Shown: positions 56,530-64,000 of the stretch, one piece after another
How the letters are laid out: each line of letters starts with the position of its first letter
Numbering within the stretch: position 1 is the stretch's first letter
NCBI GenBank assembly: GCA_964612665.1
Contig: CAZTCI010000001.1
Coordinates: 252,896-316,895, forward strand
DNA from: an uncultured Planctomycetales bacterium
GTDB lineage: Bacteria > Omnitrophota > Gorgyraeia > Zapsychrales > JAHFFX01
Direction: 5' to 3'
DNA length: 64,000 nucleotides
Notes under the pieces: model-generated
What the model saw: the letters and a program-made list of their open reading frames with translations, nothing else
What the model was told of the DNA's origin: nothing
The model's database searches: none
Made by a program: the position numbers and the translations under genes

Positions 56530-56531
56530 AT

Positions 56532-56608
56532 AGCTCGTGGCTCGTGGCTCGTAGTTCGTAGGAGGAGCTTAATTAAGCCTACCAGCTACGAGCTACGAAC
56601 TATGAGCT
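56532..56608. repeat. intercistronic palindrome built of CTCGTRG units (cysE-cysS spacer)
   Basis: AGCTCGTGGCTCGTGGCTCGTAGTTCGTAGG..(GCTTAATTAAGC)..CCTACCAGCTACGAGCTACGAACTATGAGCT; fills the entire 82-nt spacer. Confidence 0.6.
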
Positions 56609-56611
56609 CAA

Positions 56612-57292
56612 TTATTTTTCTTTCAATCTATCTTCCAAAGTCTTAATTCTGCGCAATAAATCCGTCATATTCTGCATAACCGGATCAGAAACATGCGCAT
56701 GGTCCATCGAGACATCAATTTTTTGGCCGTCTTGTTTGGTAATCCGTCCCGGAACGCCGACGACCGTTGCGTTGGCGGGAACATCTTTAAGGACAACGGC
56801 GTTAGCGCCGATATAGGAATTATCGCCGATTGTAATATTTCCTAAAATTTTAGCGCCGGTGCCGACGACAATATTATTTCCCAGTGTCGGATGACGCTTG
56901 CCGGTTTCTTTACCTGTTCCACCTAAAGTCACGCCTTGAAATAAGGTGACATCGTTACCGATAATCGTTGTTTCACCAATCACAACGCCCATCCCATGAT
57001 CAATAAAAAGCCCGGCGCCGATTTGGGCGCCGGGATGAATTTCAATTCCAGTTAGGAAACGGAAAATTTGAGAAATCGCTCGAGGGAAAAATGGAATCTT
57101 CAAAAGCCAAAGGGCGTGCGTTATGCGGTAACCAACGATCGCGTGAAAGCCGGGATAAAGGAATATAATTTCCAAAATCCCGCGCGCCGCCGGATCGCGT
57201 TCCTGTGTGGCCTTGATTTCTTTGGGGAAAAGAATCGTGCACACGCCGATCCAGGCGAAGATGGCTATTATTAGAGAAAAAAGAAAACCCAT
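56612..57292 (-). CDS. cysE: serine O-acetyltransferase
   Basis: Left-handed beta-helix hexapeptide repeats (GAQIGAGLFIDHGMGVVIGETTIIG...), N-terminal SATase helical domain. Confidence 0.85.
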   Translation of the reverse strand: MGFLFSLIIAIFAWIGVCTILFPKEIKATQERDPAARGILEIIFLYPGFHAIVGYRITHALWLLKIPFFPRAISQIFRFLTGIEIHPGAQIGAGLFIDHGMGVVIGETTIIGNDVTLFQGVTLGGTGKETGKRHPTLGNNIVVGTGAKILGNITIGDNSYIGANAVVLKDVPANATVVGVPGRITKQDGQKIDVSMDHAHVSDPVMQNMTDLLRRIKTLEDRLKEK

Positions 57293-57400
57293 TGGTTAGT
57301 CCTTTTTTCGTCGTTCGTCTTCCATTGTTCGTTGAATTCGTTTTTTTAATCTGCAAATGAAAGAACGGATTCCTCGAGCGACGAACCACGAACGACTATT

Positions 57401-57982
57401 TTAATCTTTTATAAGCAACACCACCGCATACGCCGTGATCGCTTCGTGCGTTCCACCAAAACCAATGCCTTCTTGCGTTGTCGCTTTAATCCCGACGCAC
57501 GATGGGTCGATCTTCAACGCCACCGCGATTGCTTCGCGCATTTTTAATTTATAATTCCTAAGATTCGGCTCTTCGGCCAGAATCATTATATCAATATTCC
57601 CGACGGAGAATTTTTCCTGCCGGGCTAACGCAAAAACTTTCTCCAAAAGAACAAGACTCGAAATACCTTTGTACTGCTTATCCGTATTAGGAAAGTGCTC
57701 GCCGATATCGCCTTTACCCAGTGCGCCCAGGATTGCATCGCAGACCGCGTGGATAACAACATCGGCATCTGAATGGCCGTCCAATCCTTTGGTGTACGGA
57801 ATTTCAACGCCGCCTAAAAAAAGTTTCCGCCCCATCACTAACCGGTGAATATCGTACCCGAAACCAATTTTATACGGCGGCTTTGACATATTTATTCTTG
57901 AATAAACCGGTGCATTGTAACGGTTTTTGTTTAATTTTTCAACGGTTGTTTCGTCGGGCCGATCCATTTCGGTTTGAATCAC
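57401..57982 (-). CDS. ispF: 2-C-methyl-D-erythritol 2,4-cyclodiphosphate synthase
   Basis: IGFGYDIHRL and the downstream HSDADV/DIGEHF motifs. The track ORF carries about 31 extra N-terminal codons; the likely start is near 57889. Confidence 0.85.
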   Translation of the reverse strand: MIQTEMDRPDETTVEKLNKNRYNAPVYSRINMSKPPYKIGFGYDIHRLVMGRKLFLGGVEIPYTKGLDGHSDADVVIHAVCDAILGALGKGDIGEHFPNTDKQYKGISSLVLLEKVFALARQEKFSVGNIDIMILAEEPNLRNYKLKMREAIAVALKIDPSCVGIKATTQEGIGFGGTHEAITAYAVVLLIKD

Positions 57983-58000
57983 CGGTGGATCGGCCCGGTG

Positions 58001-58681
58001 TCATTTTTGTAGAATCTTGGCCAGTTCGAAATCTTCGGGCGTTGTGATTTTGATGTTTCGGTAATCGCCTTTTAGAATTTTTACTTTAACGCCCATCTTC
58101 TCTACCAACACCGCATCGTCGGTCGGTTCACAACATAACATTTTCCGGTGCGCTTCTTCAAGCACATCCCGTTTAAAAACCTGCGGCGTTTGAATGTCCC
58201 AGAGCGTATCACGCACGAGCGTCTCTTGAACGTACAAATTCTTGGGATCGACTTTCTTAATCGTTGATTTAACCGGCACAGCAACGACAACCGCTTTTTC
58301 CGTTCGCATTAAGTTAATCGCTTGTTTAATGAGCGTTGAAGTCACAAACGGCCGCGCGCCGTCATGAACAATAACCACATCGGTGTCACGATCCAAAGCC
58401 TTTAAACCGTTTTGCACCGACTCCGCCCGTGTTTTTCCACCCGCCACGACGCGTTTAATCTTCTTTAATTTAAATTTCTTAATAAGCTCTTCGAAAATTT
58501 TTACCCTTTGAGGGGCAACGGCCACAATAATGCTTTCTACCGACGGAGAATCGCCTATCGCCCGCAAGGCATAAATAAACAGCGGTTTGCTTTTCAAAAG
58601 AACAAGCGGCTTGGGCCGTTTTGTTTTCAACCGCAAGCCGCTTCCAGCTGCTGGAATAATTGCTTGAACTTTCATTCTCAA
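58001..58681 (-). CDS. ispD: 2-C-methyl-D-erythritol 4-phosphate cytidylyltransferase
   Basis: AIIPAAGSGLRL motif; 226 aa. Confidence 0.85.
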   Translation of the reverse strand: MRMKVQAIIPAAGSGLRLKTKRPKPLVLLKSKPLFIYALRAIGDSPSVESIIVAVAPQRVKIFEELIKKFKLKKIKRVVAGGKTRAESVQNGLKALDRDTDVVIVHDGARPFVTSTLIKQAINLMRTEKAVVVAVPVKSTIKKVDPKNLYVQETLVRDTLWDIQTPQVFKRDVLEEAHRKMLCCEPTDDAVLVEKMGVKVKILKGDYRNIKITTPEDFELAKILQK

Positions 58682-58749
58682 TCGGAATTTTGATTTGAAT
58701 TTTGGGATTTGTTTGGTTATTGTCTCTTGTATCTTGGTTATTCTAACAA

Positions 58750-59733
58750 TTATTCTTTAATAATTTTTCCAAAAATCATCCGCCCCGCCTGCGTTTGCAA
58801 AACGGATGAAACCGAAACCTTGACCTTCTGCCCGATCAATTTCCGTCCTTCACTGACGACAACCATCGTCCCGTCGTCCATAAACGCGACCGCCTGGTCC
58901 GCTTCTTTCCCTTCTTTAATCAGCCGCACATCCATAATTTCGCCAGGAAAAACAACCGCTTTAACTGCATTGACCAATTCATTGATGTTTAAAATATCAA
59001 CACCTTGAATGGTCGCGATCCGATTGAGATTAAAATCCGTCGTACAAATCCGGGCGTCCATGATCTTGGCCAAGTGAATCAATTTGACGTCAACCTCCTG
59101 CGCGCCCGGGACATCTTCTTCCTGAATACGGATATCGAGCGCATTATCTTGCTGCATGCTGCGTAAAATATCCAGGCCACGGCGGCCGCGCTGGCGTTTT
59201 ATATTATCCTGCGAATCCGCCAGTTTCTGCATCTCATGCAAAACAAAACGCGGAATAACCAAACGGCCGGTTAAAAAATGAGATTTATAAATGTCGGCGA
59301 TCCGCCCGTCAATAATCGCGCTTGTATCAACGAGGATAACACCTTCCTTAACATCCTGACGTTTAAACCGCACATACGGAATAATGACATTGAATTCATC
59401 TTTACCACGCAGCGCCATCACCGCGCCTAAATAAGAAAAGATTAAAGTTAAAATCACGCGGAAAATAGATTGTAAAAATGATCCCAACGGCAGGAGATCC
59501 AAAATATTCGCCACGATATTCGCCATAAAAACGCCCAGCAAAAGCCCGAAGACCATGCTTGATAATCCTCGGACCGAAACCCGGCGCATACTTATCTCAA
59601 TCAATATCCAAAATCCGGCGCACGCCAGTCCACCGATGAGCCCCATCCACGGCTGATTTTGCGCCGAGCCGATTTGATAACCGACAATTCCACTTAGGAT
59701 AAGAAAAAAAACTCTAATAAATGTTAACGTCAT
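58750..59733 (-). CDS. yacL: PIN/TRAM domain membrane protein (YacL-like)
   Basis: Four N-terminal TM helices, a PIN domain (GVILVDTSAIIDGRIADI...) and a C-terminal TRAM-like beta-barrel. Lies between radA and ispD as in Firmicutes. Confidence 0.75.
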   Translation of the reverse strand: MTLTFIRVFFLILSGIVGYQIGSAQNQPWMGLIGGLACAGFWILIEISMRRVSVRGLSSMVFGLLLGVFMANIVANILDLLPLGSFLQSIFRVILTLIFSYLGAVMALRGKDEFNVIIPYVRFKRQDVKEGVILVDTSAIIDGRIADIYKSHFLTGRLVIPRFVLHEMQKLADSQDNIKRQRGRRGLDILRSMQQDNALDIRIQEEDVPGAQEVDVKLIHLAKIMDARICTTDFNLNRIATIQGVDILNINELVNAVKAVVFPGEIMDVRLIKEGKEADQAVAFMDDGTMVVVSEGRKLIGQKVKVSVSSVLQTQAGRMIFGKIIKE

Positions 59734-59800
59734 TTTTATTCTCCTTTAGCGTGGCGTGGCCACAACGTGGCTTTACGCCACGAACGACAAGTCTAATCTT

Positions 59801-61231
59801 TCAAATCAAATCCAAAGCCTGCTTTAAACTCGTGACCCCAACGAGCTCAATTCCCGCCGGTTTAAAATCCAACCGAGTATTTAAATTATTTTTAGGAAGC
59901 AGGCAGCGTTTAAAACCTAACTTCTGCGCTTCATTAAGACGCGCCACGATCTGACTCACACTGCGAATCTCGGCGGACAATCCAACTTCACCGAAAACAA
60001 CCGTATCAAAAGAAACAGTCTTATCTAAAAAAGCCGACGCGACCGCCAGAACAACCGCCAAGTCCGCGGCCGGATCCATAACCTTAACGCCTCCGACGAC
60101 ATTTAAGAAAATGTCCTGGTCCTGTAAATTAAGCCCGATTCTTTTTTCTAAGACCGCGACCAATAGCGCCAAACGGTTGGCGTCAAACCCTTGTGCTTTC
60201 TGACGGAGAATCCCAAAACTCGAACGCGCGACAAGTCCCTGGATTTCAACTAGAAAAGGCCGCGTTCCTTCGATGATCGCCGTCACAACCGAGCCGGAAG
60301 CTTTTTGCGGGCGTTCGGATAAAAATATTTCGGAAGGATTTGGAACTTCAACCAAACCGTTTGATGTCATTTCAAAAACGCCGATTTCATTCGTCGAGCC
60401 GAAACGGTTTTTGGTCGCTCTTAAAAGACGATAACTGGAATAGCGTTCACCTTCAAAATATAAAACCGTATCAACCAAATGTTCCAAGACCCGCGGACCC
60501 GCGAGCTGGCCTTCTTTGGTGACATGACCAATCACAAAAAGCGCGACACCTAACGATTTAACGAGCTGTGTTAACAACGACGCGCATTCCCTGACCTGCG
60601 CCACACTGCCAGGACTTGACGTCACCTGCGGCCAGTAAACAACTTGAATGGAATCCACGACGACGCAATCGGGCTTGAGCAATTTAATCTGCTCAACGAT
60701 GACATTTAGATCAATTTCATTCACAATATAAAGTGAAGCCTGCCCCCGCCGGGCATTTTTATCCGCCATCAAACGGTCAGCGCGCATCTTCGTTTGCTTA
60801 AGCGATTCTTCGCCGCTGATATAAAGGACATTCTGTGCGCGCGCACTGAGTGAGCACGCGACTTGCAAGGCCAAAGTTGATTTCCCAATACCCGGATCAC
60901 CGCCGATCAATGTGACCGATCCAGGAATAATGCCACCGCCCATCACCCGGTCGAATTCTTGAATGCCGGTTTGCCAGCGCTTGTCCTCGAGGGATTCAAC
61001 CGCCGTCAATAAAACCGGCGCCGCGCTCGTGCGGTTTTCTTCTAAAAAAGCGGCTTTAGGCGTACTGGCCGCGGCCTTAATGCTTTCCTCGACGTAAGAA
61101 TTCCAGCTTTCACAGCCCGGGCATTTTCCTAACCAGCGCGGCGATTCAGCGCCGCAGTTCTGACAAACGAATAATGTTTTGGTTTTCATATAGGAGAATC
61201 CATCTATGCAACTTAAGGAAGGATCCGGCAA
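59801..61231 (-). CDS. radA: DNA repair protein RadA/Sms
   Basis: Zn finger CQNCGAESPRWLGKCPGCESW, Walker A GGDPGIGKSTL, KNRFG motif, C-terminal Lon-like domain. Confidence 0.9.
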   Translation of the reverse strand: MPDPSLSCIDGFSYMKTKTLFVCQNCGAESPRWLGKCPGCESWNSYVEESIKAAASTPKAAFLEENRTSAAPVLLTAVESLEDKRWQTGIQEFDRVMGGGIIPGSVTLIGGDPGIGKSTLALQVACSLSARAQNVLYISGEESLKQTKMRADRLMADKNARRGQASLYIVNEIDLNVIVEQIKLLKPDCVVVDSIQVVYWPQVTSSPGSVAQVRECASLLTQLVKSLGVALFVIGHVTKEGQLAGPRVLEHLVDTVLYFEGERYSSYRLLRATKNRFGSTNEIGVFEMTSNGLVEVPNPSEIFLSERPQKASGSVVTAIIEGTRPFLVEIQGLVARSSFGILRQKAQGFDANRLALLVAVLEKRIGLNLQDQDIFLNVVGGVKVMDPAADLAVVLAVASAFLDKTVSFDTVVFGEVGLSAEIRSVSQIVARLNEAQKLGFKRCLLPKNNLNTRLDFKPAGIELVGVTSLKQALDLI

Positions 61232-61233
61232 TT

Positions 61234-61926
61234 TTATTTGGCCGCGACTTTGGGACGGTATAAAAGCTTCCAGGGGTTTGCTTTTAAATCGGCGGTAAAA
61301 TCTTCCAGATCATTATAAATGCTGGGGTCAAAGAATAATTTGCCGATCGTGCCTTTGCCTTCGCGAACCTGCGTCACAATCATGCTGATGCCTTCCAAAG
61401 TTGTTTCAAATGACTTTTGATTTTTTTCGCTGTTCACAATGCCGTTAAATCCATCGACGCTCTTGTCAATCTTACCGGCAAGCTGCGAAATCATATCGGT
61501 AATCTTTTCAACCGGAATTGGATCTTTACCGACGAGAGTGCTTCCATTTTGCAGCAAATCCGCGGAAATTCCTGGAACAATTTCAACATACTTTTCCCCC
61601 AAAAGTCCCAGCTGGTTGATCGACACAACCGAATCCGCAGGAATCTCTGTCCCTTCCTTAATCCAAAAATCTATTTTAACCTTGGTCTTGCCTTCCTTCT
61701 TATCAAAAAATACATTCACGTCCTTGACGATCCCGCATTCAACGCCAGCCAAACGCACAGGCGCGGCTTTTTTGACACCGTTGGCGAAACCAAAGGTGAC
61801 ATGCATGTCCTGTCCTTTTTCCAATGTGGCGAAATCGCTGATCGAAAAAATAATGATGCCGCCAAGGACAAAGGCAACGAGAACAAAAATCCCGACGATC
61901 AGGCCCAGATTGGATTCTTTTGACAT
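61234..61926 (-). CDS. mlaD: MlaD/Mce-family substrate-binding protein
   Basis: N-terminal TM anchor plus MCE domain; 230 aa. Confidence 0.7.
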   Translation of the reverse strand: MSKESNLGLIVGIFVLVAFVLGGIIIFSISDFATLEKGQDMHVTFGFANGVKKAAPVRLAGVECGIVKDVNVFFDKKEGKTKVKIDFWIKEGTEIPADSVVSINQLGLLGEKYVEIVPGISADLLQNGSTLVGKDPIPVEKITDMISQLAGKIDKSVDGFNGIVNSEKNQKSFETTLEGISMIVTQVREGKGTIGKLFFDPSIYNDLEDFTADLKANPWKLLYRPKVAAK

Positions 61927-62035
61927 ATTTGTCTCCTATCTTTAATTTTGACAGAAGACCACAGACAACAGACCATAGACCAAAGACCTTTGCCGAGGTC
62001 TACAGTCTATTGTCTTCAGTCTATAGTCTCTAAAA

Positions 62036-62809
62036 TCACCTAACATGTCCGAACACCAAATTCTCATCCTCAGTAATTGGTCCACGAGCTTCGCCGCGGA
62101 TGAACTGGCGCACAACCGGGTGCGTTGAATTTTTAATTTCATCGGGACTCCCATCGGCAATCACGTGGCCGTGATAAAACATCGCGATTGAATCCGCGAC
62201 TTTATACGCAGCGTTCATATCGTGCGTGACGACAATTGAGGTCACTTTCAATTTATCACGCAGTTCACAAATCAAATTATTAATCGCATCGGCCGTGATC
62301 GGATCGACTTCGGAAGTCGGCTCGTCATACAAAATAATCTGCGGCTCCATACACAAAACCCGCGCCAGGCTCACGCGTTTTTTCATGCCGCCGCTTAACT
62401 TTGAAGGCGGCATGTTCTCAATTCCTTTTAACCCAACCATTGCCAGCGCGTCGGCTACTTTATCGTCGATGGTTTTTTTATCCAATTTCATAAATTCACT
62501 TAAAACAAACGCCACGTTCTCTCCGACGGTCATGGAATCAAAAAGCGCGCCGCCTTGAAACACCATCCCGATTTCCATCCGGATTTTATCGTATTCTTTT
62601 TCCAAAAGATCGGTCACTTCAACACCGTTCACCTTGATCGACCCGCTATCCGGCTTAATTAAACCGATAATACTTTTTAAAAGAACACTTTTCCCGACGC
62701 CGGAACGCCCAATAATCACCTTAGTCTCAGCGGTTTTGATCGTCAAGTCCAAGCCGTTTAAGACGTTCTTTGAGTCGAAGGTTTTATAGAGGTTTTTGAT
62801 TTCGATCAT
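62036..62809 (-). CDS. mlaF: ABC transporter ATP-binding protein (MlaF-like)
   Basis: Walker A GRSGVGKS, signature LSGGMKKRVSLAR, Walker B ILYDEPTS; no mlaE permease between mlaF and mlaD. Confidence 0.85.
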   Translation of the reverse strand: MIEIKNLYKTFDSKNVLNGLDLTIKTAETKVIIGRSGVGKSVLLKSIIGLIKPDSGSIKVNGVEVTDLLEKEYDKIRMEIGMVFQGGALFDSMTVGENVAFVLSEFMKLDKKTIDDKVADALAMVGLKGIENMPPSKLSGGMKKRVSLARVLCMEPQIILYDEPTSEVDPITADAINNLICELRDKLKVTSIVVTHDMNAAYKVADSIAMFYHGHVIADGSPDEIKNSTHPVVRQFIRGEARGPITEDENLVFGHVR

Positions 62810-62811
62810 AT

Positions 62812-63110
62812 ATTAAAGCGTATATCCCGGATGCCAATCACGGGCAGCATGTGTAACACCGGTAATCCAAACTTCCCTTTTAACAATGCGGTACATAATG
62901 CGATAAACGCCGTAAATTAATTCACAGCAATTTTTATTCTTAATTTCAGGTATCATTCGCCCAGATTCTGGAAAATATTCTAATTGATCGGTTATTTCAA
63001 TAATGCGAGAGACAAATAACGCAGCTTGATCAGAAGAATCTCTACTAATGTATTCGGCGATCGAATCGATATCTTTTAATGCCGACGGCGCCTAGATTAT
63101 TTTACCCATT
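62812..63110 (-). pseudogene. parE: RelE/ParE-family toxin gene disrupted by an in-frame amber codon after codon 5
   Basis: The frame reads ATG GGT AAA ATA ATC TAG, then continues APSALKDIDSIAEYISRDSSDQAALFVSRIIEITDQLEYFPESGRMIPE...ELIYGVYRIMYRIVKREVWITGVTHAARDW. Across the stop this fits the ParE N-terminal and C-terminal consensus. TAG is a genuine stop elsewhere in the window. Confidence 0.5.
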
Positions 63111-63279
63111 TACGAAGCCTTTTTTTCGCCTCCTCATGGTGAATACCTTTTTTTTGCTTGATCTCTTGTTGACCATGCTGAAATTTTGCCTGGACATATA
63201 AAGCATGCATAATATCGTCCATTGTAGCTTTAGGAGGCAAAGAATTGATTACATCTTTAGCAATATCTTTGACTGTCAT
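63097..63279 (-). CDS. putative addiction-module antitoxin (TIGR02574-like) paired with the ParE-like gene
   Basis: 60 aa, ...INSLPPKATMDDIMHALY...GQQEI...EEAKKRLRKW; immediately upstream of, and overlapping, the ParE-like frame. Confidence 0.5.
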   Translation of the reverse strand: MTVKDIAKDVINSLPPKATMDDIMHALYVQAKFQHGQQEIKQKKGIHHEEAKKRLRKWVK

Positions 63280-63402
63280 GTATGTTTCCTTTCTTTAAAT
63301 ATTACGAATTCAGTATAAAATAAAACCCCGTCGTAAGAACGCAGTCGGTGATGATTAGAATGAAAGAAATAACGACCGAAATCGTTGTCGCCCGACCGAA
63401 CC

Positions 63403-63456
63403 CCCGATAATAGCCTTGGTTTCAGCGGTCTTGATCCTCAAATCCACGTCGTTTAT
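63403..63456. repeat. degenerate duplicate of the mlaF 5' coding region (about 80% identity to 62708..62763)
   Basis: CCCGATAATAGCCTTGGTTTCAGCGGTCTTGATCCTCAAATCCACGTCGTTTATT versus CCCAATAATCACCTTAGTCTCAGCGGTTTTGATCGTCAAGTCCAAGCCGTTTAAG. On the minus strand it encodes NDVDLRIKTAETKAIIGGS, matching MlaF NGLDLTIKTAETKVIIGRS. Confidence 0.6.
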
Positions 63457-63703
63457 TCTGTAAATATTCCTCTCGTATCTTACAATATTCTTGCTCGGTG
63501 GCTTGATACTTAAATTTATCCATTAATTCAGGATGTTTTTTCAATAGTTTTTTAATTTTTCGTTGATTCCATTCCCGTCTCCATTCTCTCTTTTGAGAAT
63601 CCGTCAATCTCTCATACCCCGCCGGATGGCGCGACATTCGAAGATCAACTTTAGGTAAAGGTTCATTGTATGATAAGTTAGAAAGAACTCTAATTTATTC
63701 TTC

Positions 63704-64000
63704 TTAAGTTCGCCTTCTTAAAAAACTATCAAAATGAACAATATTATGACACCCTGAGCAAAGAGAAATTAATTGCGAATCCTCTAAACCTAACATTACC
63801 ATTGGGAGGTAGCTAATATGGTGGACTACTTCAGCGCGTCCTTTACATCTCTGACACTTACTCTGGTCTCGCTCTAATATCCTAGTTTTAATTTGTTTCC
63901 ACAATTTTGTCTTTTTATAGTTGCTGTAATCAAGTGTTAAAGGATCAACCTTATCTCTCCATCCTCTTTTCTTTTTTTCATTCTCGATCTTAGAAAATAT
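63704..64000 (-). CDS. HNH endonuclease (5' end beyond window)
   Basis: C-x2-C ... HHI ... C-x2-C-H-N-x3-H motifs (CQRCKGRAEVVHHISYL...CSGCHNIVH). The reading frame stays open upstream of the track start to the window edge. Confidence 0.55.
   Translation of the reverse strand: MFSKIENEKKKRGWRDKVDPLTLDYSNYKKTKLWKQIKTRILERDQSKCQRCKGRAEVVHHISYLPMVMLGLEDSQLISLCSGCHNIVHFDSFLRRRT

Noticed and set aside
62812-63110. Alternative genetic code (TAG sense) rescuing the ParE-like gene
   Set aside because: TAG terminates several confidently called genes in this window (e.g. 21855..22349 and the small ORF at 21695), so a standard code is assumed and the toxin is treated as a pseudogene.

Overview
This 64 kb bacterial window (roughly 45% GC) is mostly minus-strand and gene-dense, with many 1-11 nt gene overlaps. 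The core is housekeeping: cfa, a TtcA-family protein, a Ski2-like helicase, the aceE-aceF-lpdA pyruvate dehydrogenase operon, pyrE, comF, lptFG, alr, tsaB/tsaE, thiL, mtnA and metG. A minus-strand block (holB-yaaT, tmk, cysS, cysE, ispF, ispD, yacL, radA, mlaD, mlaF) follows the Firmicutes-type gene order. Signalling genes include a response regulator - MASE1/PAS histidine kinase - triple-receiver operon, a second kinase/regulator pair and two orphan CheY-like regulators. RNA genes are a tmRNA (ssrA, minus strand, about 21170..21592) next to smpB, and a tRNA-Leu(CAG) at 24641..24722; the ORF-track entry 21399..21596 is the tmRNA tag region, not a protein. Accessory and unusual content includes two tandem Cys-rich type IV pilin-like genes, a HupE/UreJ-like membrane protein, a poly-serine secreted protein encoded by a codon-diversified hexamer repeat, an AbrB/PIN toxin-antitoxin pair, a nucleotidyltransferase plus small-ORF pair beside ssrA, an in-frame Maf-M48 peptidase fusion, and a decaying ParE/antitoxin module inserted at mlaF next to a duplicated 55-bp mlaF 5' fragment and an HNH endonuclease. 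Non-coding highlights are a roughly 640-nt hairpin-dense region upstream of the regulator-kinase operon, a structured promoter-to-tRNA leader carrying degenerate tRNA 5'-half copies, and repeated inverted repeats built from tandem 6-7 nt units in several intergenic and intercistronic spacers. No CRISPR array or rRNA was seen. Coordinates for features not taken from the ORF track are accurate to about +/-2 nt.
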